This document shows, in pieces, positions 49,118-59,696 of a DNA stretch of 64,000 nucleotides. Below the pieces are notes generated by a model. The model did no database searches. It saw only the letters and a list, made by a program, of their open reading frames with translations, and was not told where the DNA came from. This DNA is from Salpingoeca rosetta. Lineage: Eukaryota; Protista; Choanoflagellata. A program made the translations under genes and the position numbers. How positions within the stretch are numbered: the first letter of the stretch is position 1; each line of letters begins with the position of its first letter. The stretch lies in NCBI GenBank assembly GCA_033442325.1, contig JAWQFM010000009.1, positions 987,729 through 1,051,728 on the forward strand, read 5' to 3'.

Positions 49118-49782
49118 CCTGTGCGCTGGTGTTTGGCGTGTTTGGCGTGATGACCTTTTGCAGTTTCAGTCGGAGCAGCGCTACATGTACTCTACTTGTG
49201 CGCAGAGCCACTTCATGGCATGTGCTCACAATGCATCCCATCGTGCGCGTGCATGTATGTCCACAAAAATCAGGTCATGTGCAAGCCCGGTACTGTTAAG
49301 TCCCACACCAAGTTTCAGACACAGCTGTACGTGCTGAGCAAGGAGGAGGGTGGCCGCCACACGCCGTTTGTTGATGGCTACCGCCCCCAGCTGTTCACCC
49401 GCACTGGCGATATTACGTGCACGGTCAAGCTGCCTGATGGCAAGATGGTCATGCCTGGCGAGGACGCAAGCTGCGAGATTGAGCTTATCACCGACATTCC
49501 GCTCGAGGTGTGTGTGTGTGTGTGTGTTCGTTTGCCCTGCTGAATGTGTTTGCTTGTGTTTGTTCGCTTTTTGCACTGCTACATCTCGTGGGATGCTGCG
49601 TCCTGCCTGCATGGCGCTTCCGTACCAACCCTCTTTCATCCTTGCCTCTCAAACTCATCAACCACCACCCCCTTCCCACTTACATCATCAATGCTCTGTG
49701 AACACAGGAGGGCCAGCGCTTCACTGTGCGCGAGGGCCACAAGACTGTCGGCACGGGCATCGTCTCCAAGATCATTGCCTGA
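46122..49782 (+). CDS. TUFM: Mitochondrial elongation factor Tu (multi-exon)
   Basis: Presequence [15 protein letters not shown], then [71 protein letters not shown] and C-terminal [20 protein letters not shown]. Confidence 0.96.
47777..47882. repeat. (TTG)n trinucleotide microsatellite
   Basis: Visible directly in a TUFM intron. It produces spurious poly-L/T/Q ORFs. Confidence 0.95.
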
Positions 49783-50260
49783 GCGGCCAAGTCCAGCATG
49801 TCTTTGTGTATGTCGTCATTCCTTCGTCTTTGTCTTCTCTTTGACTCATCGTTGTGGCTGTCGTGCTGTGACGGCATGTCGCATTGCCTAATTCCTGTGA
49901 ATGCTCGTTGTGGTCGTATTCGCTGTGTTTTGTGTTGAATGGTTGCTTGTGCTTGCCTTTGTTGTTGGTGGTTGGTTGTGAATACGTTTCAACTTGGCCC
50001 AGCCGAATACATACATCATACAGCGGACAGTTTATCGAGGAGATGACTAAAAAAGCACGCAGTGGGCAATGATAAGCAGCGATCACAGCCTACCCATTTG
50101 CCACAGCGAAGAGCTTGTGGTATCTACCTGTCATTGTATTTAGGCTTGCTTCATTGGTATTTGTATTGGGCTGTGTTCGGCATCACGACCGCGATGGACA
50201 CGTGGCAAAGCAGATCAGCAACTCTGGCGACACACAGCCACAGCCACAGCCACAGCCACA

Positions 50261-50313
<53 letters not shown>

Positions 50314-50685
50314 CCAAACAGTGGAATTCCTTTCCGAAGAGGAAGGAAGCGGACACATGGCAGAGAGAGGCGCGATGAAAAGAGGGTGACATGCATTCAG
50401 GCATTTGAGGCGGGATGGGGTGAAAGCTAGGAACAAATCCATGCACCGCAGGTGCATCGATCGACAAGAAGCGAGGTAGCAGAACGGAGGACTCGTGTGG
50501 GGACAGAACACTGGAGTGCTGTTGGTCAAGCACGTCATCGGTTGTAGATCAAAGCATATGTTGGTTGCCACGCTTGGAAAGAGGGCACTGGAAACGGATG
50601 AAAGGCCAGGGCACATAGCCCTTGGCGCAAGAATGAAGGCCGGACTGCTTGGTGGAATGCCAGTCGGCGAGCCGAGCGGCGCCCC

Positions 50686-53600
50686 TCATATGCATTCGGC
50701 AGGGCAATTGGTGAGGATGATGCTGTCGTAGTTGTTCACGCATGTGGCAGTGAAGTCCTGACAGTCGACGCTGGTGAGATTATTGCTGCCGAAAGCCAGG
50801 TGTCCAAGGAAAACGGTTCCAGTCACGCTGGTAATGCTGCCGAAGCTGATGCTGGTGAGGGCCTCATTTCCGCCCACTGCAATATCGCCGTCCACAGTGC
50901 TGATGGCACCAAAGTCAATGGTGGTGAGGGCAGGCTGTGAAGTGATGCGGAAGCTGCCGGTACGGGTTAGAGCGGGGAAGCTGAGAGAAGTAAGCGCATT
51001 GTTTTGCACGACTTCGACAGCGCCAGATGTATTGGTGAGACTGTTCAAAGTAATGCCAGCAAGTTTGGCGTTCCTGGCAATGAGTATCGTGTTGTCGACG
51101 GCCTCGACGGCACCAAAATCGACACTAGTCAGAACGCTGTTGTCCATGACGCTAACAGCGCCCACAGTGGTGAGAACGCTGCCAAAGTCGATTGACGGGA
51201 GGCCACTGTTGTCGCTGAACTGCAAGAAAGTTTGTACCGTGGTGATGTTGCCAAAGTCGACACTGGTCAGCGCACCGTTGGCTCTAATTTCGACGAAGGC
51301 ACCCACAGTCGTGATGCTATCAAAGTCGACGCTGGTCAGCGCACCGTTGCCGCTAAATTCGATGGAGGTACCCACAGCCGTGATGCTGCCAAAGTCGACG
51401 CTGGTCAGCGCATCGTTGTCCTTGAAAGCGACACCACCCTCGACATTTGTGATCAGACCAAAGTTGATACTGGGCAGTGCATTGTTGTTGCCAAAGAGGA
51501 TGTTATCGAAGGTGCGGATGTTGCGAAAGTTGATGCTGGTCAGCGCCCTGTTATCGGTGAACTTGGCCTCGTCAATGCTGGTCAGTGAGCTGCCAAAGTC
51601 CACCGACGAAAGGGCGACATGGTTGTCGAAAGTGATGGATTCGAGGCTGGTGATGCTGCCAAAGTCGACACTGGTCAGCGCATTGTTGATGTCGAACTTA
51701 ATGTGTGTGCGGACAAAAGTAATGCTGCTAAAGTTGACGCTGCTCAGCGCATCGTTGTCGAGAAACTCGACGTAGTCACCCACATTGGTGAGGGCGCTGC
51801 CAAAGTCAATCAGTGGAAGGGCGTCATTGTCCTCGAACTTGGCATAAGTGGTGATTTGGGTGATGACGCCAAAGTCGACGCTGGTCAGTTTGTTGTTGTC
51901 GTGGAAGAGCACGTGTTGATCCACGAGGTTAATGTTAGCAAAGTCCAAGCTGGTCAGCGCATAGTTTGTGTCTATCTGAACGTGCCCTCCGACAGTGGTC
52001 ACGCTGCCAAAGTCAATGTCAGTTAGGGCAACGTTGTTTTTGAGCTCAATGCAGCCAGCCACGTTGGTGACGGCGCTAAAGTCGAAGCTGGTCAGGGCGT
52101 CATGGAAGTCCACGAAGACGCACCCGCTAAGCTCAGCGAGGATGTCGCCGAGGTTGATGCGGGGGAGAGCGTCGTTGTCGTGGAATTTCAAGTCGTTGCC
52201 GACCTCCTTGATGCCGCCAAAGTCGATGCTCGTCAGGTTTTGATTCGAGGACAAAACCGCGCTACCCACATAAGTGAGAGCGTTGCCAAAGCTGATGCTG
52301 GGCAGGGCATCGTTGGCTGCGAAAGTCACAGTACCCTTCACACTGACAATGTCGCTAAAGTCAACGCTGGTCAGGTCGGCATTTGAAAGGAAGTTGAGGT
52401 TACCCTCGACGCGAATGATTGCGCCAAGGCTGACGCTGGGGAGGACGGCGTTGTTGCTGAAGGTAATGTCCCCAGTCACATTGGTGATTGCGCCAAAGTC
52501 GACGCTGTCAAGCTTGTTGTTGAAGAGAAAGGAGATGTACACAGGCACAACGGTAAGGGTGTTACCAAAGTCAACACTGACAAGGCGTGAGTTCCTGACA
52601 AACTCAATGTATCCGCCCAGGTTGATGAGGATGTCGCCGAAGCCCATGTGCGGGAGGGCGTCATTGTCGTCAAATTTGATGTGTTGGGCAATGCTGGTGA
52701 TGCTGGCAAAATCAACACTGGTCAGGTTGTCGTTGTTGTAGAATCGGACATAACCGCCAATGGTCGTGACACCGCCGAAGTCTGCGCTTGTCAGGGCAGC
52801 GTTTGTCTCGATGTTCACAAAGCCACCCACAGCAGTGAGCGTGCCCCCAAAGTTCACAAGTGGGAGAGCGCTATTCATCACAGCGGTGATGGATGCGGTC
52901 ACATTGGTGATACTGCCAAAGTCAATGCTGGCCAAGGCACTGTTTTGAAGGAAACGGATGTCGCCGTGGACCTTAGTGATGCTGCCGAAATCAATGCTGG
53001 TCAGGTTGTCGTTGGTCCGAAACTCAATTGTACCCGCTCTGGTGAGAGTGCCCCCGAAGTCCATCAATGGGAGGCCGTCATTGTCTAAGAAGTAGACGTG
53101 TCTGTCAACGTTTGTCACACTGCCAAAGTCGACGCTGGTCAGGGCGTCGTTGTCGTCGAAGAGGACGTAGTCAGCACTGGTCACGCTGCCAAAGTCGACG
53201 CTGGTCAGGGCATCGTTACTGCGAAGCTCAATGTAGCCACCAAGGTACTTGAAAGTCTCGCCAAAGCTGACCAATGGAAGGCCATCGTTGTCATCAAACT
53301 TGATGTAGCCACCCACGTTGGTGATGCTGCCAAAGTCAACACTGGTCAGCGCATCATTGTCGTAGAAGAAGACATGGCCAGTGACCAGGGAAATGTCACC
53401 AAAATAGACGCTGGGCAGGGCATCGTTGGTGTCAAACTGTATGTAATCACCCACTTGAGTGGTGCTGCCAAAGTCAATGCTGGTGAGGTCGTCGTTGTCG
53501 TTGAAGTAGATGTGACCATGAACGTCGGCGATATTGCCGAAGCTCACGCTGGCCAATGCACCGTTGCTGCTGAACTCAACATAGTCGTCCACAAGCGTGA

Positions 53601-56600
53601 ACACATTGCCAAAGTCAATTAGTGGAAGGCCGTCGTTGTCATCAAACTTGACGTGGCCACCGACACTGGTGACGCCGCCAAAGCCAACGTTGGTCAGCGC
53701 ATCGTTGTCGTCGAAAAAGATGTAACCGCCCACCTGGGCAATGCTGCCAAAGTCAACGCTGGTCAGCGCGCTGTTAGCGCTGAACTCGACGTAGTCACTC
53801 ACATCGGTGAGGATGCTGCCAAAGTCAATGACTGGAAGGGCACCATTCGCTTCAAAGTCAATGCAGCCACCAACGCTGGTGATGACACCGAAGTCGATGC
53901 TGGCCAGCATGTTGTTGGACGAGATTGAGATGCACCCACCAACGCTGGTAAGGACCTTGCCGAAGTCGATGCGGGGGAGGGCATCGTTGTTGTCGAATGC
54001 GACGTATTCGACAACGTTCTCGATACTGCCAAAGTTGACACTCGTCAGGTTGCTGTTGGAGAAGAAGCTGATGCACCCGTCGACGGCTGTGATGCCGCCC
54101 CCAAAGTCAAACACCTCCAGCACATCATTATCGATCAGTGTCACGTTGTCCACCACACGCCCACTCTCGACACCAAACGGATCACCGGCCCACTTCACTG
54201 CGCCACCAACGTCGTGCAGTGACCCAAGGTCAATGACACGCATTGGGTTGCTGCTCATGTCCAGGTCGCCGCCGACAGCTGACAGCAGACCGAGGTGGAC
54301 GGAAGAAATGCTGTTGTCGCTAATGTCGATGTCACCAGTGACATTTTTCACGACGCCAAAGTTGACGCTAATCAGGTTGCTGACGGAGGTGAAGCTGATG
54401 CACCCGTCGACGGCTGTGATGCCGCCCCCAAAGTCAAACACCTCCAGCACATCATCATCGATCAGTGTCACGTTGTCCACCACACGCCCACTCTCGATAC
54501 CAAACGGATCACCAGCCCACTTCACCGCACCACCGACATCCTGCAGTGACCCAAGGTCAATGACACGCATTGGGTTGCTGCTCATGTCCAGGTCCCCACC
54601 AATCGCTGTCAGCGCACCGAGGCGAAGGGATGAGATGCTGTTGCCACTGACGTCAACATAACTGCCGACCGTCGCCACGATGCCAAAATTGACGCTCGTG
54701 AGGTTGCTGTTGGAGGTGAGGTTGATGCACTCATCCACTCTGCTGATGCCGCCCAAGTTGACGCTAATCAGGTTGCTGACGGAGGTGAAGCTGATGCACC
54801 CGTCGACGGCTGTGATGCCGCCCCCAAAGTCAAACACCTCCAGCACATCATCATCGATCAGTGTCACGTTGTCCACCACACGCCCACTCTCGATACCAAA
54901 CGGATCACCAGCCCACTTCACCGCACCACCGACATCCTGCAGTGACCCAAGGTCAATGACACGCATTGGGTTGCTGCTCATGTCAACGCTGCCGCCAACA
55001 GTTGTCACAGCGCCAAAGTCGATACTCGTCAGGTTGCTGTTGCTCATGTCGAGGTCACCACCAACGGCTGAGAGCAGGCCAAGGCGAAGGGAAGAAATGC
55101 TGTTGTCGCTCATGTCAACGCTGCCGCCAACAGTTGTCACAGCGCCAAAGTCGATACTCGTCAGGTTGCTGTTGCTCATGTCGAGGTCGCCACCAACGGC
55201 TGAGAGTAGGCCAAGGAGAAGGGAAGAAATGCTGTTGTCGCTCATGTCAATGTTGCCGGTGACATTTGTCACAACACCAAAGTCAATGCTGGTGATGCTG
55301 TTGTTGCTCATGTCGAGGTCGCCATCAACGTTTGCCAGCAAGCCGAAGTTGATCGCAGTAATGCTGTTGTCGTTCAGGGCCACGGTCCCACCGACGGACG
55401 TCAAGTTTCCAAAGTCAACTGACACCAGCGAGCCTCCGCTGCCAACGACATCGCCGCCAACATGCACAACTGATCCAAACTGAAGCGAGGAAAGGGAGGT
55501 GTTGAGGGATACGGATCCTGCGACGCTGTTCAAGGCGTAAAACTCATCGCAGCAGCAGTTCACGACGGAGGCAGCGGTGCAAAATGCATTTGCGACGAAT
55601 TCAAGCCGGGAGACGGGGTTCGCACAGTCCAGGGTGACGTTGCTCACGCAAGACTTGCTCTTGCTGCTGGACGCGATTGTTAGCACGGAGACTGGTACGG
55701 CTACACTGGCGATGACAGCGATCAACAGCATCGCCAAGAGAGTCTTGCTCCTCCAGCGCGTCCCGTGCTTCAATTCAACCGTGCCACCAGTCTCCAGCCC
55801 AAACGACTTGAGGTCAGCGGGTGCATGCTTCATCTTCAGCGACGACGAGGAAGATGACCCCGTGTTGAAAGTGTTGTTGCTGGTTAGCTTGTTGTGCGTT
55901 GGCTGCTGAACTTGCGGCTCTTTCTGCGTGGTAGCAAGCGTAGCGCTGCTCAGTGCTGTCTCGGTGACTGGGTCATGTGCAACGGCAACGACGGGAAGCG
56001 TGGCCTTCTTCTGCTGGCCAGCTGGCGTGACTTGCTCGATTCTGCACTGCAGCTGAGCAGAATGTGATATGTACGCGTGTGGTATGTGCGTGGAGCTGGG
56101 GTCAGGAATCGAGCTTTTATGAACGCATCAGGTAGTCAGGTAGGTAAAGTGGTGGGGCAATATGTGGGGATGGTGTCGCATCAGCAGCAATTGCAGCGGC
56201 AAATACATGTGGCGTACCGTGTGTGACATTGTCTCTTGGTTGGCTGAAAGATGGTCAAGCGCAGTCTCAAGGCTGTCCGGCTGCAGCAGCAGCTTCTTGT
56301 CGAGAACATAGAGCCCAGTATCATCCTGGGATAGTGCATGGTGCTCGACCTTGTCTTCCCCAATAACCTGGGAGTGGAAAGATGGACATGTGTCAAGGAG
56401 AGGGTCATCATCACTGGCGTTGTGAATACTTCGGTGGGTGGCTTCTTGACACACGCCGCAACACAGTTACATACAAGCGGAGGTGCTCAGGCACAGCAGC
56501 AAACCAAACAAAGGCACCACCCATTCCAAACATACAAGGCTGATGGCGAGCTGGTTGTCGGATTTGGTTCGCCGCACCACGTAGTCCCCGGGTGCGCAGC

Positions 56601-57073
56601 CGGCACGGTCGAGAAGGAGCACAGCGGCTTCTGCTTTGCCCATCTTGTGGATATTGGGGGGCGGCAGTCCGCCATCGCCATGGTGATGCAGCTGCAGCTG
56701 GGGCGCAGTTGTTGTTGGCGTCTCAGGTACCGTCTACCAGGGTTGATGCGGTGACAAAAAAAGGCAAGGTCCAGTGAGGGATCGTTGTTGCTACAACTCA
56801 GACAGAGGCAAGGTGTCACTCGACCAAACACGAAATACAGCAGAGAGAACCAAAACATATCCCCAACAAGAGCAACAACGAGAAAGAACTGGGGGGGGGG
56901 GATCCAGATACAGGACGCACACACGCACAGACACACAGAGGGAGGCACACGCACTAGGGGGATCCAGATACAGGCACGCACACAGACACAGACACACAGA
57001 GGGAGGCACACACGCACGCACACACACACACGCACACACACACACGCACACACACACACGCACGCACACACAC

Positions 57074-57114
<41 letters not shown>

Positions 57115-57559
57115 GCCCTTGGTTGTCCTGAACCTCGAGTTTGGCGATGATCTTGTCAATCAAGTCGACAGGCACATCCGCGCTCTCATCGGGGTTCCAC
57201 GAAAAGTGAACGACATGGTCGGTGAGTTGGGCCTGAGCCTTCGGCTCCTCGAATTGGTCACACATCTTCACGAGGAAGAACCGCTTGTCGTGGTGCAAGA
57301 TGTACTGCAGTTCCTCGTGGGTGCTGAAGTCGCTGTCTGTCTGCTCCCCATACGTCCGTGTGCCAAGCAAAACGGCCATCCGGCAGCCATGCAAGGATCG
57401 AACCACCGTCCTGGCCGCATCTTCTCCAGATGAAGCATCGCCGATGAATACGTCAATGCCACGGGCCTTGAGGGCTTCTTCCAGAACCTTGCCAGCGTGC
57501 TGCGCCTCGCTGAAGCAAAGCGAGATGAAGACATCAACGCCCTGCGATGGCATGGTCAT
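50686..57559 (-). CDS. Putative type II membrane receptor TIR-SH2-linker-TM-(L-domain/LRR-like solenoid), about 2050 aa; exons 57559-57134 (or -57110), 56733-56536, 56367-56218, 56052-50686
   Basis: All junctions are phase-0 GT..AG and continue in frame into the 1715-aa ORF (56052-55833 = 73 codons, no stop). TIR: [35 protein letters not shown]2: [54 protein letters not shown]: [29 protein letters not shown]. About 22-23 aa repeats of the type [23 protein letters not shown] follow. Confidence 0.8.
54064..54983. repeat. Three near-identical ~200-bp intragenic copies (about 54064-54267, 54359-54595, 54756-54983)
   Basis: DNA encoding [13 protein letters not shown](Q/H)[14 protein letters not shown](I/V)[13 protein letters not shown](D/N)[21 protein letters not shown] occurs three times with few substitutions. 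Confidence 0.9.
54976..55250. repeat. 132-bp (44-codon) tandem duplication within the ectodomain exon
   Basis: gctcatgtcaacgctgccgccaacagttgtcacagcgcc... starts at 54976 and again at 55108. A third partial copy begins near 55240. Confidence 0.9.
56218..56733 (-). other. SH2 domain split over two exons (56733-56536, 56367-56218)
   Basis: Manual translation. The FLVR-equivalent GDYVVRR keeps its Arg at 56574-56572. alphaA is KAEAAVLL, betaD is VEHHAL and alphaB is SLETALDHL. Confidence 0.75.
57134..57559 (-). other. TIR (TIR_2-like) domain exon
   Basis: betaA DVFIS, alpha[14 protein letters not shown], beta[11 protein letters not shown] and alpha[10 protein letters not shown]. The GAG-GAA Glu codons lie at 57316-57311. 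Confidence 0.82.
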
Positions 57560-58206
57560 AGTGGTGGTGGTGGTGTGGGACGGAAATGAACGATTACCCC
57601 TAGGGGATGGATGAAGGAAACAGCGCGGGAAAGGGGAAAATAAGGGATACATTTCGAGGGGTGAAACAATTTGTCTCGAAAAGATGGGTAGGCGTTGATG
57701 GGAACAGCGTTACAGTTTGTTGCATATTCTTTATTTGAGGGAAATAGCTTGAGGTGTTGAGAACGGACGTTTCATCAGTGCATGTAAGCTTGACGATCGG
57801 GTCCTCGTCAGAAAGGCCATAAACTTGAGTGAGGAGGGAAATAGTTTGAGGAGTTCAAAACAACTTTTCTCAACGTGGTGCCACATGCAATCAGCACCAC
57901 GCTTCTGTCATGTTAACCAATTTTCGGCCTGGGCAGATGAGAGTCCCAGATTGCATAGGTGCACATCCAGCGTTTCGGCGGATTTCATTCATGATGTCTC
58001 ATGATGTGATCGAGGGCGATGTCTGCTGGCCACGGCAAGTGAGAAATCCACCGGCCCATTGTATCGTATCCGTTTAGTCAGTGAAATAAACAGCTGCGCA
58101 ATAAACATGACCGACCGTGGTCGCATGCATCGAACAAACTTCAGATGCTGTTGATGTGTCGAATAACATAATGTAACAACATCCGACAGGGCAGTTGCAC
58201 ATGAAT

Positions 58207-59660
58207 TCATTGACGAGTGGAAAGCAAGCTGCCGGACTGCCCAGCGTCATCGCGTGCACTACGCTGCAGCAGCTTCGACAGGGATTCTGTATCCGATCGA
58301 AGCTTGACAATCTGAAGAAGCAAGCAACGCCCCCCCCCCCAAGTGCAGGAAATGACAGGAAGGTGAGGAACCAGAGGTGCATACAATCAGAAAGCCGCAG
58401 GCACGCGCGTGCACAGGCAAAGAGACAGCCAGACAGGCAGGCAGGTAGACGGACAGACAGACAGACAGGCAGACAGACAGACAGGCAGGCGGGCAGGCAC
58501 ACAAACAAAAACAAAGACGCACACACAGACACACAACAAACACACGGGCCCTAACCTCCTGCAACGCATCCTGCATTTGTTTCCGCAACACCTTCTGCTG
58601 TGCCCGTTGCGCATAAGCATCTGGATCCGTGTCAGGTCCGACTTTGGGTGGGAGTGGGGCAGCGGCCTGAAGTTGGGTGTCGGGAAGGGTATTGGTGAGT
58701 AACGGGGGTGGCATTTGGTGTCACACGTGGTGTCACAGCGGGGCGAGTGAAACGTGTGACAGGTGACAGTGCTGACAAGAGGTGTTGCGCAAAGCACAGA
58801 CATGGATCTGTCACTGCGTGACCTTACCTCCTCGCTCTTTGAAAGTGTTGCCTGAAGTGTGTCGAACCTGTGCACAAAACAATGTGAAAGGTTGGGCTGA
58901 CACCGTGAATCCGGGAAACGAGCGATTGGAGGACGCTCAAAAATCTTGTAGCAAAAGCGCCAGCTGAAGCAGGGAATCACAACACGACAGCATAACAGCT
59001 CGACGCGACACATACACACCCACACACGCACACACAGACGGACACACAGACACACAGACACACACACAAGCAAACAAGCAAACAAACAACTCAACAAACA
59101 AAAACCAAGGAGCAACACTCGCAGGCTACGCTGTATGCGTGCATGTGTGTGTGCGTGTGTGTGCGTGTGCGTGAGGCGCAAAGCACCCGCCAGCACCTCT
59201 GTTTAAAGTTCCGGATGAGCCGCTGCTGCCGCTGAAGCTCAAGGTCCAGTTTCGTGGACGGCGGTTTCAAGTCCTTGGATGGAGGACCTGTGGCGCAGCG
59301 CGACCGTGGGTGCGTGCGCATGTGAATTTGAATCAGTAGAGTGTGAGACCTGAACTCAAGGGATGACGTAGACTGCAACAGAAGGTGTATAAAATGCCGT
59401 GCACAGACATACACACAGACACATGCACGCGCAAACACACGCGCACTCGCGCGAACACACACGCACACGGGCATGCAAGCAACAAGCGGACGTCCGTGCA
59501 CACCACCCAAGCCCACCAAATGTTTCCACAGCCTTGGTTGGTTCCTGTTTGTCCTGCTGTTGAAGCCGAGTGTCCACACCATGTACCTTCATCAATACTT
59601 TCTCTTGTGTTCTGATTTGAATGCAAGCAAGAACAAACACGTGAATGCATGGGTGAGCGG

Positions 59661-59696
<36 letters not shown>

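Noticed and set aside
46122-49782. Bacterial tuf gene (HGT or contaminant)
   Set aside because: It has many spliceosomal introns and an N-terminal presequence, so it is the nuclear-encoded mitochondrial EF-Tu.
54064-55250. Spaced direct repeats resembling a CRISPR array
   Set aside because: The repeats are long (130-200 bp), in-frame and coding. The context is eukaryotic and there are no cas genes.
50774-55483. Repetitive plus-strand ORFs (e.g. MLPKSTLVS repeats)
   Set aside because: They are antisense mirrors of the minus-strand solenoid repeats.
50686-55833. 1715-aa ORF read as a standalone secreted or bacterial surface protein, or as contamination
   Set aside because: The frame stays open 73 codons upstream to an AG acceptor at 56053 and splices in phase to SH2 and TIR exons. 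Intron 1 carries the host-typical TG microsatellite.
57560-58320. Ankyrin gene fused to the TIR receptor
   Set aside because: The ankyrin gene's inferred last exon ends in TGA at 58209-58207, and about 650 bp of non-coding sequence follows before the TIR ATG.
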